A DNA stretch of 57,442 nucleotides, filler included, from Candidatus Woesearchaeota archaeon (GTDB lineage Archaea; Nanobdellota; Nanobdellia; Woesearchaeales; GCA-2685855): NCBI GenBank assembly GCA_002685855.1. It is 4 parts of 4 records of this genome, joined end to end, with 100 filler letters (N's around TTAATTAATTAA, not from the genome) between each part and the next. Parts side by side here need not be neighbours in the genome. Positions count along the whole stretch, not along the records: positions 1 to 18,199 come from NYYS01000054.1; 3 more parts are not named here. One strand, written 5' to 3'. Below, one piece after another: positions 1 to 9,999 of the stretch (position 1 is the first letter of the stretch; each line of letters opens with the position of its first letter). A program made the position numbers and the translations under genes. Under the pieces are notes generated by a model. It was not told where the DNA came from and ran no database searches. It saw only the letters and a list, made by a program, of their open reading frames with translations.

Positions 1-1053
1 GTTGGAGCAGATCTTGCTTCACTTACCAAGGAAGCAGCGATGACCTTGTTGAGAAGGGTGTATCCTGATTTAAAATTGAATGAAGAAGAAGCTGTTCCTC
101 CTGAGATGCTGGAACGATTAAGGATCTGTCTTTCTGACTTTAAGGAGGCGCTTAAAGTTGTGAGTCCAAGTGCTATGCGAGAGGTCATGGTTGAAATTCC
201 TGATGTGAAATGGACTGATGTGGGCGGTGTTGAGGATGTAAAACAGGAATTAATTGAAGCGGTTGAATGGCCTTTGAAGTATCCTGATGCGTTTGGTAGG
301 CTTGGTGTCCGTCCTCCTCGCGGAGTGTTACTTTATGGAGCACCGGGAACAGGCAAAACATTATTGGCAAAGGCGGTTGCGAATGAAAGCAGTGCGAATT
401 TTATTTATGTAAAAGGTCCTGAGCTTTTATCGAAGTGGGTCGGAGAATCTGAGAAGGCTGTTAGAAAAGTTTTTGAAAAGGCTCGCCAGACAGCACCTAC
501 TGTTATCTTTTTTGATGAGATTGACTCTATTGCCCCGAGAAGAGGATCGTTCGATGGTGGAAGTCATGTTACAGAGACTGTTGTGAATCAGTTGCTTACC
601 GAGATGGATGGACTGGAAAGTATGCAGGATGTTGTTATTATTGCTGCCACTAACAGGCCGGATATTCTGGATACAGCTTTGTTGCGTCCAGGACGTTTTG
701 ATAGAGTCATCCTTGTTCCTATTCCTGATAAGACAGCACGTGAGGAGATCTTTAAAGTCCATACGCGAGGGATGCCTCTTGCAAAAGATGTCAACTTAAA
801 GAAACTGATTGAAAAGTCAGAAGGGTATGTTGGAGCAGATGTTGAGGCTATTGTTCGGGAAGCAGCAATTCTTGCGTTGCGCGATGATATTAATGCAAAG
901 GAGATCAATCATGACAATTTTATGAATGCTCTTGATAAGGTGTTTGCATCGGTAACCAAGGATGTAGAAAAAGAGTATGAAGAGCTGAAAAAAGAGTTTA
1001 GTTCTGCAAAGGGAAAAGAGATTCTTCTTGAAAAGCCTAATTATATGGGTTAG
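1..1053 (+). CDS. cdc48: CDC48/VCP family AAA ATPase, C-terminal part (5' truncated by window)
   Basis: Frame open from base 1 ([14 protein letters not shown]); Walker A GAPGTGKT, Walker [24 protein letters not shown]-terminal HbYX-like tail YMG. Confidence 0.95.
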   Translation, partial: VGADLASLTKEAAMTLLRRVYPDLKLNEEEAVPPEMLERLRICLSDFKEALKVVSPSAMREVMVEIPDVKWTDVGGVEDVKQELIEAVEWPLKYPDAFGRLGVRPPRGVLLYGAPGTGKTLLAKAVANESSANFIYVKGPELLSKWVGESEKAVRKVFEKARQTAPTVIFFDEIDSIAPRRGSFDGGSHVTETVVNQLLTEMDGLESMQDVVIIAATNRPDILDTALLRPGRFDRVILVPIPDKTAREEIFKVHTRGMPLAKDVNLKKLIEKSEGYVGADVEAIVREAAILALRDDINAKEINHDNFMNALDKVFASVTKDVEKEYEELKKEFSSAKGKEILLEKPNYMG

Positions 1054-1772
1054 GGTTTTAGAGCAATGTATAGTCCTCTATCCTTTGATAAACCCTTTTT
1101 TAGGAAAATGGGCTGAAGACCTGCTTCTTTAAAGTTTTTTAGAATGGTTTTTTTGTTAAAGAGAGCAAGTTCGTGCTGTTCTTCATAATGTTTTACTTTT
1201 TTCCCTTTTTCTGCCATAAGATAATGCATATCCACCAAGGAGATTATGCCCTTTACGGTAGATGTGGTAACCCGTACAATTTTGATTTCGTTCTCGTCGA
1301 AGAGAGTAAGATGGGGTTTTCCTGGTCCAAAGGACTTTGGTGTAAGCCAGGGTTCTATTATGATGAGACCCCCTTTTTTTAGATGTCTGTTCAGAGAGTT
1401 TAGTGTCTTTTTCAGGTTTTTTTCGGACTTGACATAGCCTATTGAACTGAAGAGACAGAGTATGATGTCAAATTTTTTATTGAGGTTGAAAGAGATCATA
1501 TCTGCTTTTTTAAAAGGTATTTTTTTCAGCTTTTTCCGGGCAATAGCTAACATCTCTTTGTTGATGTCTATTCCAACACAGCGAAATTGTTTTTGAAGGT
1601 AGAGGAGATGGCTTCCTGTTCCGCAGGCAACCTCCAGAAGGTCTTTTCCTCGTGACTGCTTATATTTCTGGATAAGTTTCCTAACATATTCTGTTTCTTT
1701 TTTATAGTCTTTCATTACATACAACCGATCATAGTACTTTGCAAGGTCTTTGTAGAGTCTTTCTTTTTTCAT
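1050..1772 (-). CDS. Class I SAM-dependent methyltransferase
   Basis: LLEVACGTG motif [28 protein letters not shown]. Confidence 0.9.
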   Translation of the reverse strand: MKKERLYKDLAKYYDRLYVMKDYKKETEYVRKLIQKYKQSRGKDLLEVACGTGSHLLYLQKQFRCVGIDINKEMLAIARKKLKKIPFKKADMISFNLNKKFDIILCLFSSIGYVKSEKNLKKTLNSLNRHLKKGGLIIIEPWLTPKSFGPGKPHLTLFDENEIKIVRVTTSTVKGIISLVDMHYLMAEKGKKVKHYEEQHELALFNKKTILKNFKEAGLQPIFLKKGLSKDRGLYIALKP

Positions 1773-1780
1773 ATTCAGAA

Positions 1781-2776
1781 TTAAATGGTATGTATCTCTT
1801 TTCGTTGGATGAATCCGAGAATGTTTTCTATGGTTGTTTGTTTGATGCGGTCTATTGCTTCTTTGCTGTTGAAGGCGTTGTGAGGTGTGAAGATGACGTT
1901 CTCCATTTCAAGGATTTGCTTGTCTTCAAGGAGTTGCCGCATTGTTTGTGTAGATTCGAGGGATTGGACGTCCATATCTTTTTTTAGGAGGATGTTTTCT
2001 GCTTCGATGACGTCAAGTCCTGCTCCTCCAATTTTTCCTGAACGAAGTCCTCGATAAAGGGCGTTGACATCTATTACAGGGCCCCGGGAGGTGTTGATAA
2101 GGATAACTCCTTGTTTCATCTTTTTTATTGCTTTGTCACCTATGAGATGTGTTGTTTGAGGAAGGAGGGGAACATGAAGTGTTATGATGTCTGCCTTAGC
2201 AAGAATTTCTTCCATTGATACATAGTTGAAGTGAAGAACTTCTGCAAGGAAAGTGTTTGGATGGTTGTCAAAGGCTAATACGTGCATTCCAAATCCTTTG
2301 GCTATTCTGATTACATGAAGTCCGATGTGACCTGCACCTATGACTCCAAGAGTTTTACCTTTGAGATCAAATCCTGTGAGTCCTTCCCTTGAATAGTCTT
2401 CTCTCAATGTTCGTATATAGCTTTTATGAACATGTCTTGAGAGGTTGAGAATGAGTGCAAAGGTGTGTTCGGCAACGGTATTTTCTCCGTAAAAAGGGAC
2501 ATTACAAACAGTGATTTTTCTCTTTTTTGCCTCTTTGAGATTGATGTGATCGTAGCCCGTGCTTTGGGTTGTGATAAGTTTCAGTTTGGGAAGCTGGTTC
2601 AGGACAGGTTTGGTAACTTGGGATGAGATGAAGATGGCTACTGCATCTACTGTTTTGTATTTGTATGCGTTTTTTGGAGTGAGGGGTTCTTCAGAAAAGA
2701 GAAGGGTGTGTTTCTTTAGGTTTTTTCTGAAAATGACCCGATCAATTTTTTTAGTTTCGAAAAAAGCGATTTTCAT
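1781..2776 (-). CDS. D-isomer-specific 2-hydroxyacid dehydrogenase (D-lactate dehydrogenase-like)
   Basis: STGYDHI, VAEH, GVIGAGHIG Rossmann motif, ITLHVP, INTSRG, FTPHNAF. Confidence 0.9.
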   Translation of the reverse strand: MKIAFFETKKIDRVIFRKNLKKHTLLFSEEPLTPKNAYKYKTVDAVAIFISSQVTKPVLNQLPKLKLITTQSTGYDHINLKEAKKRKITVCNVPFYGENTVAEHTFALILNLSRHVHKSYIRTLREDYSREGLTGFDLKGKTLGVIGAGHIGLHVIRIAKGFGMHVLAFDNHPNTFLAEVLHFNYVSMEEILAKADIITLHVPLLPQTTHLIGDKAIKKMKQGVILINTSRGPVIDVNALYRGLRSGKIGGAGLDVIEAENILLKKDMDVQSLESTQTMRQLLEDKQILEMENVIFTPHNAFNSKEAIDRIKQTTIENILGFIQRKEIHTI

Positions 2777-2914
2777 ATGAGTTCATAGGAGGATGTATTT
2801 AAAAGTTTTTTCTCTTGGCAGAGGAGGCGAAAAAATGAAAGATTTATAAACTCTGAATTCATTTTTATATGACATTATTGTATATGATGCTTGTTTGAGA
2901 GGTGAGGTGCAAAA

Positions 2915-3481
2915 ATGTTTTTCCGAAAAAAGAGAAGAAAGGTAAGTAAGACAAAGGTTGCTGCAAGTGTGGCTGCGGGTGCTGCAGTTGCAACAGGAGC
3001 TGTGCTGGCGGTGAGGAAGTTTATCAAATCACCAAGAGGAAAGGCTCTTGTGAAAAAGACAAAGAAGACAGTCAAGAAGGATGTAGCTAAGGTGAAGAAG
3101 GTTATCAGGAGGAAAAGTCCTGCAGCTGCAAAGAAAGCAAGAAGGGTTCTTAAGAGTGCTTCAAAGGTTGCTACAGGGATGGTTATAAAGTCTGCGCGTG
3201 TTGTAACAAAGGCTGCAAGTAAGGGAAGAAAAAAGGTCAAGAGAACTGTCAAAAAGGCACGAGCTCCTGTCCGAAAGGCTTCAAAACGCGTTGTGAAAAG
3301 GGCTAAAAAACCGGTTCGACGAGTTAAGAAGGCAGTCAAAAAGCCTGTACGAAGAGTCAAAAAGGCAGCAAAGAAGCCGATCAGAAGAGCTAAAAAAGTT
3401 GCTAAGAGATCTGTACGAAAGGTTAAACGGGTTGTCAAGAAAGCAAGAAAGGCTGTGAGAAGAGCCAAAAAGAAAAGATAG
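2915..3481 (+). CDS. Lys/Arg/Ala/Val-rich histone H1-like basic protein with N-terminal hydrophobic helix
   Basis: SD-like GAGGTGAG upstream; VAASVAAGAAVATGAVLAV followed by repeated VKKAxKKPVRR-type units. Confidence 0.7.
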   Translation: MFFRKKRRKVSKTKVAASVAAGAAVATGAVLAVRKFIKSPRGKALVKKTKKTVKKDVAKVKKVIRRKSPAAAKKARRVLKSASKVATGMVIKSARVVTKAASKGRKKVKRTVKKARAPVRKASKRVVKRAKKPVRRVKKAVKKPVRRVKKAAKKPIRRAKKVAKRSVRKVKRVVKKARKAVRRAKKKR

Positions 3482-3490
3482 TGATGCGAT

Positions 3491-4783
3491 GTGAAGTATG
3501 GAATCGGAGACGAAGTACGCGTTGTCCACAAGAACAAAACAGATACTGGAATCCTGATTAAGGATTCCCCTCTTCTTATTTTAAAACTTTCTTCAGGGTA
3601 TAATATTGGAATAGATAAAAAGAATATAAAAAAGATTGAACGGGTAAAAAAGGCTCGGGAGATTAAGGAAACACCAATTTCTGTTAAACAGAATAAGAAG
3701 CTTCCTATGGTTAGTATTCTTCATACCGGCGGTACTGTTGCATCTAAAGTTGATTATCGAACAGGGGGTGTTGTATCTCGGTTTGAAGCTGAGGAACTGA
3801 TCGGCTTGTTTCCTGAACTGGGGGGTATTGCTCAGATCTCTTCTCAGATGCTGGGTAATATGTGGAGTGATGACATTCGGTTTAGCCACTTTAATCGTAT
3901 TGGCAAGGCTGTGAAGAAGGAGGTGGATAGTGGTGCAAGTGGGATTATTGTGAGCATGGGAACGGATAATCTGCATTATGCTGCTGCTGCTCTGAGTTTT
4001 ATCCTGGATCCCTGTCCGGTGCCTGTGCTTTTTGTTGGAGCTCAAAGAAGTAGTGATCGTGGAAGTAGTGATGCTGCGTATAATTTGCTGAGTGCGGCTA
4101 CGTTTATTGCAAAGAGTGATTTTGCAGGAGTTGGGCTTTGTATGCATGAGAATATGAGTGATGATTATTGCTGGATTCTTCCAGGTTGTAAGGTGAGGAA
4201 GATGCATAGCAGCAGAAGAGATGCGTTCCGGCCGATTGGGACGAGTAGTATTGCTCGTGTGGGATGGAAAGAGAAGAAGATTGAATTTATGAAAAAGGAG
4301 TATTCCAAGAGGTCATCTGAGAAGATCGGGCTTCATCTGTTTGCAGAGAATTTAAAGGTGGGATTGGTTAAGGTTCATCCTCAATTTTTTAGTGCTGAAT
4401 TGGTTGCGTATACAGGATTTGACGGGCTTCTTCTTGAGGGGACCGGGCTGGGCCATATTCCCCTTGATGTTGTGGATGAATCAACAAAGGAGCATGAAAA
4501 GGTTAAGAAGGTGCTGGCAGGATTGTGTAAGAAGATGCCTGTGGTGATGAGTTCACAAACCATCTATGGAAGGATTCAGATGAATGTGTATAGTAAAGGG
4601 AGGGATCTCCAGGAATTGGGGGTACGAGGGAATTTATGTAATATGACTCCTGAGACCGCATTTGTGAAGCTTGCCTGGCTTTTGAGCCAGAAGAAGAAAA
4701 AGGAAGATGTTCTTACCCTGTATGAGGAGAATTTGCGCGGAGAGATTAGTGAACGAACAGAACAGGATTGGTTTTTAGAGTAG
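3491..4783 (+). CDS. gatD: Glu-tRNA(Gln) amidotransferase subunit D
   Basis: LKLSSGYNIG N-domain, TGGTVASKVDYRTGGV, GAQRSSDRGSSD, RKMHSSRRDAF, GTGLGH. Confidence 0.95.
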   Translation: MKYGIGDEVRVVHKNKTDTGILIKDSPLLILKLSSGYNIGIDKKNIKKIERVKKAREIKETPISVKQNKKLPMVSILHTGGTVASKVDYRTGGVVSRFEAEELIGLFPELGGIAQISSQMLGNMWSDDIRFSHFNRIGKAVKKEVDSGASGIIVSMGTDNLHYAAAALSFILDPCPVPVLFVGAQRSSDRGSSDAAYNLLSAATFIAKSDFAGVGLCMHENMSDDYCWILPGCKVRKMHSSRRDAFRPIGTSSIARVGWKEKKIEFMKKEYSKRSSEKIGLHLFAENLKVGLVKVHPQFFSAELVAYTGFDGLLLEGTGLGHIPLDVVDESTKEHEKVKKVLAGLCKKMPVVMSSQTIYGRIQMNVYSKGRDLQELGVRGNLCNMTPETAFVKLAWLLSQKKKKEDVLTLYEENLRGEISERTEQDWFLE

Positions 4784-4825
4784 AGTAATCGATACTTATT
4801 TATGTATCCTGTTTATTAAAATAGG

Positions 4826-5779
4826 GTGAATCCCCTTCCTCTAAGATGGAATAGAAGCATGTTTTATATGTTTACACTTATTTTATTGGTGTTTACTGTT
4901 TCTGGCTGTGCTGAAAAGAACATAGCTGGAAAGGCCACAGAAATTTTTTATCAGATTTCCTATCCCACTCTGCAATTAAGGACGCCCTTGGGTGCTTTTG
5001 AGTTTTCAGCAGGGCAGAATGTTGTTCCAAAGGTGGTTAGTTATTCTAAAATGGATGAGGGGTATATGGAAGCTATTATTGTCTATCCTGAGGATATTGA
5101 TCCTGATATAGCCTATCCTGCTGTTATTGTGATGCATGGAGGCCTTGAGAGGATTTGGGATGATCCTCCGCGACTTGTTGATAGTGTTCCCTGGCTGATC
5201 AGTTTGGCTGAAGAAGGATATGTTGCCATCTATCCAGATGCACGGCATCTCCAGTACAAAACAAAGGGCCCTGAAGATCTTCTTGCCACGATCAGGTATT
5301 TGAAAACAGAACAGACCGTGGCACAGATAGGAAATATTGGATGCCAAGGACAAAGTGCAGGCAATATGGCGGTCTGGGGTTTAGTGACTGCGTATCCTAA
5401 TAAATGCAAGGCCTATTTTGGATTATATCCTGCACAAGATCCTAAGAATAAAGATTTTTTCACAAGTGACGAACAGATGGGGATGCTTGAGGCTAAAACG
5501 CTCTTTTCGGTTGGTAATGATGATGAACCCTATACAGGCTATGTAGAGGAGTATGAAACAGCTCTTCCTGTAGTTAATCCAGATCTTGATTTAAAAGCAA
5601 CCTATTTTGAAGGAAGCAAACACGGATTCTTTTATCGAACAGGAGAAACTGTTCGCTTTCGTGGGAAAGACATACAAATTCCGTACGATGAAAACTCTGC
5701 TAACGCACAGAGAATGGCATTTGATTTTTTTAGTTATAGTTTGAAGGAAGAACAGGCGCCTCCCTGGTGGGCAGAATAA
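4826..5779 (+). CDS. Secreted/lipoprotein alpha/beta hydrolase (dienelactone hydrolase/peptidase S9-like); real start may be the Met of MFYMF
   Basis: Hydrophobic leader + VSGC lipobox; VMHGG oxyanion motif, GQSAG nucleophile elbow, GNDD, HGF. Confidence 0.8.
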   Translation: MNPLPLRWNRSMFYMFTLILLVFTVSGCAEKNIAGKATEIFYQISYPTLQLRTPLGAFEFSAGQNVVPKVVSYSKMDEGYMEAIIVYPEDIDPDIAYPAVIVMHGGLERIWDDPPRLVDSVPWLISLAEEGYVAIYPDARHLQYKTKGPEDLLATIRYLKTEQTVAQIGNIGCQGQSAGNMAVWGLVTAYPNKCKAYFGLYPAQDPKNKDFFTSDEQMGMLEAKTLFSVGNDDEPYTGYVEEYETALPVVNPDLDLKATYFEGSKHGFFYRTGETVRFRGKDIQIPYDENSANAQRMAFDFFSYSLKEEQAPPWWAE

Positions 5780-5821
5780 GGATTTCGAAAAGCATATAAA
5801 GTTAGGGGATAGAAGAACAAT

Positions 5822-6748
5822 ATGAAGTTGAAATTCGGTGTGTTTATTTTGTCGGTTATTTTAGTACTAGTTCTCTCTGGTTGTAGTGGACGGACTATTT
5901 CTGGAAAGGCGCACACGCTGCCTGAGCAGAAACTCGAGCTGAAGGCAAATGGAGAACAGGTTTTTAGTATTACCTTAGAACCGAGTCAGATCGGAATTAC
6001 CTATGACTTTGCCCAATATGAAAATACACGATTTGATCATGACATTGATGCATTCATCTTCTACCCAAAAGATGTTTCGCCGGAAAAAAGCTATCCTGTA
6101 ATTCATCTTGTGCATGGTGGGACTGAAGATATATATGATGATAAAAACATGGCTTTTTTTATACCTTTTGCTCTTCGGGCTGCTGAGAGGGGATTTGTTG
6201 CTGTCTATCCTAATGTGCGTCATCTCTCTTATAAGGATAAAGGGAGAACCGATCTCCTGGCAGGAATACAGTTTGTTAAAGAAAGCGATAAATTCATTGC
6301 TGATAAGCAGGGCTGCTTTGGGTCAAGTTTGGGCAACAGACCTGTTTGGTCTGTTGTGACAACTAATCCTGGTCAATGTGATGCTTATGTTGGTGTGTAT
6401 CCTGCGTGGGATCCTAAAAATAGAGATTTTTTTAGTGGTGATGAGCAGATGGCAAAGGTTGAAGCAAAAACCTTTTTTACGATAGGAACAGAGGATATGT
6501 TTTTGAAAAATGTTGTCTTTTATGAAAATAATCTCAAAGTAGCGAATCCTGAACTTGACTACTATCAAACGTATCATGAAGATAGTGATCACGGATTTTA
6601 TTTTGCTACAGGAAAAACACATAAAGTGAAGGGAGTTGAATTTACACTTCCTCTTGATCCTAATTGGGAAGAAGCACAGATACAAACTCTTGAATTTGCT
6701 GAATATGCTCTTAAAGGAAAAAGAGCTCCTAGTTGGTGGGGAAAATAA
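5822..6748 (+). CDS. Secreted/lipoprotein alpha/beta hydrolase, tandem paralog of 4826-5779
   Basis: LSGC lipobox; VHGG, GSSLG, GTED, HGF; shares DPKNxDFF, VxNPxLD and APxWW with its neighbour. Confidence 0.8.
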   Translation: MKLKFGVFILSVILVLVLSGCSGRTISGKAHTLPEQKLELKANGEQVFSITLEPSQIGITYDFAQYENTRFDHDIDAFIFYPKDVSPEKSYPVIHLVHGGTEDIYDDKNMAFFIPFALRAAERGFVAVYPNVRHLSYKDKGRTDLLAGIQFVKESDKFIADKQGCFGSSLGNRPVWSVVTTNPGQCDAYVGVYPAWDPKNRDFFSGDEQMAKVEAKTFFTIGTEDMFLKNVVFYENNLKVANPELDYYQTYHEDSDHGFYFATGKTHKVKGVEFTLPLDPNWEEAQIQTLEFAEYALKGKRAPSWWGK

Positions 6749-6792
6749 GGTTCTGAGGAAAACCTTATAAATGTATTAATTCTCTGATCTGT

Positions 6793-8211
6793 ATGGCTGA
6801 CTATTATGCTGCTTTGGGCTTTAAATGCGGAATAGAGATTCATCAGCAGCTTGAGGGCAAGAAACTTTTCTGTGCCTGTCCTACACGGATAAGGAAGGAT
6901 GATCCTGATTTTGTTTTTGTGCGGGAGTTAAGAGCGAGTGCTGGGGAGTCGGGAAAGGTGGATAAGGCTGCACGTCATGAACAAAGTAAGGAGAAGAGTT
7001 TTGTTTATTATGGGTATTATGATACAACCTGTTCTGTTGAGTTTGATGATGAACCTCCTCATGAGATAGATCAAGAGGCGCTCCAGGCCTGCTTGCAGAT
7101 CTGCAAGGCACTTCATTGTGATGTTGTTGATCAGATTCAGGTTATGCGTAAGACTGTTGTTGATGGGAGTAATGTTTCTGGATTTCAACGAACTGCTCTT
7201 GTTGGGAGAGATGGTTTTGTTGAGGTTGATGGGAAGAAGATTGGAATTGAGAGTGTCTGTTTAGAGGAAGAAGCGTGCCAAATTTTAAAGCGGAGCGATA
7301 CTGAAGATATTTATAATCTTTCCCGGCTGGGAATTCCTTTGCTTGAGATTGCTACTGAACCGTCTATTCGTTCTCCTGAGGAATGCAAGGCAGTAGCTGA
7401 GAAGCTCGGGAGTGTATTGCGGAGCATTCCGCAATGTAAACGGGGTATTGGAACGATTCGGCAGGATGTGAATGTTAGTATTAAAGGAGGGACCCGAGTG
7501 GAGATTAAGGGATTTCAGGACCTGAAGAGTATTCCGAAGGTTGTTGCTTTTGAGGTTGAACGACACCGGAAGGAGATAAAAAAAGGGAAGATGGAACCCC
7601 ATGTGCGGAAAGCAGAGGCAGATGGGACAACTTCGTATCAGCGACCGATGCCCGGGGCGGCGCGCATGTATCCTGAAACTGATGTTGAAGTGATCACGCC
7701 AAGGTTGATCGATGTGAAGAAGCTCGATCTTCTTGAGGATAGGGTTGATCGTCTTGTGAAGTTGGGGATTTCTAAAGATTTAGCAAAGAAGGTGGTGTCA
7801 AAAGGGTTTGATGTTGAAGGGTATGTGAAGAAGTATCCCACGGTTAAACCTCTGACGATTGCTGAAACCTTATTTTCGGTTCCAAAAGAGGTTCGAAAGA
7901 AGACAGGAAAGGAAATTGTTATTGCAGAGGTAGCGGATTTACTTTTTTCAGCAGTCCAGAAGGGGAAGATGCCTGTGGGAGCGATTAGTGATGCACTTGT
8001 GGAGTATGCAAAGAGCGGAAAGCTTGATCTTTCCCGGTTTTCGATGGCAGATATGAAGGAGGTGGAGGAGGAGATAAAACGAATTTTGAAAAAGGAAGGT
8101 GATGCTCCAATTGGAGCGATTATGGGAAAGATTATGGCCATTTATAGAGGAAAGGTTGATGGTCAGGAAGTTATGAAACGTATTAAGAAACACTACAAGG
8201 GAAGGAGATAG
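6793..8211 (+). CDS. gatE: Glu-tRNA(Gln) amidotransferase subunit E (short form)
   Basis: GFKCGIEIHQQL, MRKTVVDGSNVSGFQRT, RLGIPLLEIAT, RGIGTIRQDVNVSI, RPMPGAARMYPETD. Confidence 0.95.
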   Translation: MADYYAALGFKCGIEIHQQLEGKKLFCACPTRIRKDDPDFVFVRELRASAGESGKVDKAARHEQSKEKSFVYYGYYDTTCSVEFDDEPPHEIDQEALQACLQICKALHCDVVDQIQVMRKTVVDGSNVSGFQRTALVGRDGFVEVDGKKIGIESVCLEEEACQILKRSDTEDIYNLSRLGIPLLEIATEPSIRSPEECKAVAEKLGSVLRSIPQCKRGIGTIRQDVNVSIKGGTRVEIKGFQDLKSIPKVVAFEVERHRKEIKKGKMEPHVRKAEADGTTSYQRPMPGAARMYPETDVEVITPRLIDVKKLDLLEDRVDRLVKLGISKDLAKKVVSKGFDVEGYVKKYPTVKPLTIAETLFSVPKEVRKKTGKEIVIAEVADLLFSAVQKGKMPVGAISDALVEYAKSGKLDLSRFSMADMKEVEEEIKRILKKEGDAPIGAIMGKIMAIYRGKVDGQEVMKRIKKHYKGRR

Positions 8212-8214
8212 TAT

Positions 8215-8826
8215 ATGATCTTACTTGTTTTTTCTGTTTGTATGACGGTTGCTTTTCTTAGTGTGTTGTTCCTTCTCAATTTTAATAGGGATCCTAATAG
8301 AAGGATTCCTGAAGGTAAAAATATTGTCTCTCCTGCAGATGGAAAGGTTTTTTCAATACTTGACACAGAGGATAAAAAGACTATTGTTAAGAAGCGGTTT
8401 TTTGGGAAAATAAGAACATTGCTTCAAAAAAACAGGGAAACCTATCTTATCTCAATTTTTATGAATCCGTTTAATGTGCATGTTCAACGTACTCCGCTTG
8501 AAGGGAAGGTTGAACGTGTTCGATATGCAAAGGGGTTGTTCCATAATGCAGGAACGCTCCTGGCGACGGGGGAGAATGAGAAATGTGAGACTGTGCTCAG
8601 TACAAAAATAGGCAGGGTGAAGGTTATTCAGATTGCGGGTTTTTTAACAAATCGAATAAGTAATTATTTAAAGGAAGGATACTGTTATCCTAAAGGGATG
8701 CGAATGGGTAAAATTCATTTTGGATCTCAGGTTACACTTATTATTCCCAAGAAAAAAGTAAAGAGTTTGAAAATCAAGGTTGGAGACCGGGTTAAAGCAG
8801 GGGAAAGCATCCTGGCAACCTATTAA
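8215..8826 (+). CDS. psd: Phosphatidylserine/archaetidylserine decarboxylase proenzyme
   Basis: RDPNR, SPADGKV, SIFMNPFNVHVQR, QIAG, FGS self-cleavage motif. Confidence 0.9.
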   Translation: MILLVFSVCMTVAFLSVLFLLNFNRDPNRRIPEGKNIVSPADGKVFSILDTEDKKTIVKKRFFGKIRTLLQKNRETYLISIFMNPFNVHVQRTPLEGKVERVRYAKGLFHNAGTLLATGENEKCETVLSTKIGRVKVIQIAGFLTNRISNYLKEGYCYPKGMRMGKIHFGSQVTLIIPKKKVKSLKIKVGDRVKAGESILATY

Positions 8827-8834
8827 GTGGGCAG

Positions 8835-9506
8835 ATGAAGCTTCAAAATGCACGTTGGAAGGCGAAAGAACGGATGAGAACACTGAAAGATGTTCCTAAA
8901 AAGAGCATTAGCGCTGTGGGAAGAAAAGCAAAGAGCACTGTTAAAAATATTAACAACAAAGGAAAAGAAAAGGTCCGCGTGATCAAAGTCAAGATAAAAT
9001 CGATAAAAATTGCAGATATTTTTTCCTTTTTGAATGCGGTATTTGGCCTGCTGAGTATTCTTCAGGCTATTCAAGGGAATTTGTTGAATGCTGCAATTTT
9101 TTTACTTCTGGGCGTAGTTATGGATTATGCGGATGGAAAGATTGCACGCCTTACAGGTACTGCAAGTGTATATGGGATTGAGATAGACTCTCTTTGTGAT
9201 TTAGTGACGTTTGGTGTTGCCCCGGGAGTGTTTGTGTTTCAGCTTACGAATCTTACAGGAGCCGAGTATATGACCACTTTGTTGACCTTTTCTATGGGTT
9301 TGCTTCTTGTTACTGGGATTATCCGGCTTGCAAAGTTCAATGTTCAGGAGATTAAGAGCCATTATGTTGGTATGCCTATAACGATGATAGGCATTATTAT
9401 TCCTCTTTGCTTCTTTTTTGGATTGCCTCTTGCGTTCTATCCTTATGTTCTCATGGCTTCAGGGCTTTTAATGATTACTCCTGTGAAGGTTAGGAAGTTC
9501 TTCTAG
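8835..9506 (+). CDS. pssA: CDP-alcohol phosphatidyltransferase, PssA/archaetidylserine synthase-like
   Basis: DYADGKIAR..G..IDSLCDLVTFGVAP, RLAKFN, GMP; adjacent to psd. Confidence 0.85.
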   Translation: MKLQNARWKAKERMRTLKDVPKKSISAVGRKAKSTVKNINNKGKEKVRVIKVKIKSIKIADIFSFLNAVFGLLSILQAIQGNLLNAAIFLLLGVVMDYADGKIARLTGTASVYGIEIDSLCDLVTFGVAPGVFVFQLTNLTGAEYMTTLLTFSMGLLLVTGIIRLAKFNVQEIKSHYVGMPITMIGIIIPLCFFFGLPLAFYPYVLMASGLLMITPVKVRKFF

Positions 9507-9534
9507 GAACAGAAATGTTTTTAAAGATGATTCG

Positions 9535-9999
9535 GTGAATAAATGTATGGATCTCTATAAGAGCTTTGTTCGGGATATGACTTCGTTTGGGAGCAGCTAC
9601 TTTCTTGCTGGATTGATCATCTTTTGCTTGTATATTGATAGGAATTTGGCGGTTTTGTTGCTTGTTGCCTTTTTAATAAGCTTGGGCATTGTCTATCTGT
9701 TGAAAAAACTTTTTTTTGTTCCCCGACCCGTCCCTGACAAGCCAAAAAATTTTATTGAGAGGATTGATGCTTCTAGTTTTCCGAGTGCCCATAGCTCGAG
9801 AGCAGCAATTTTTGGGTTGCAGCTTGCATTATGGTTTCAGGATCTTATTTTTACTGTTCTGATTGTGATCTTTTCTTTATTGATCTGCTGGAGCAGAATT
9901 GAATTAAAGCGACATCGCCTGATCGATGTTGTTGTTGGAGGAGGTATTGGTTTGGGAAGTGTGGGTCTGGCTCATCTTCTTATTCCCTATCTTTTGTGA
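9535..9999 (+). CDS. PAP2 family lipid phosphatase
   Basis: Kx5PRP, SFPSAH, SRIELKRHxxxD motifs. Confidence 0.85.
   Translation: MNKCMDLYKSFVRDMTSFGSSYFLAGLIIFCLYIDRNLAVLLLVAFLISLGIVYLLKKLFFVPRPVPDKPKNFIERIDASSFPSAHSSRAAIFGLQLALWFQDLIFTVLIVIFSLLICWSRIELKRHRLIDVVVGGGIGLGSVGLAHLLIPYLL

Noticed and set aside
2875..3537. 220-aa F/L/T-rich antisense ORF
   Set aside because: Shadow of the low-complexity K/R-rich gene, which has the SD site
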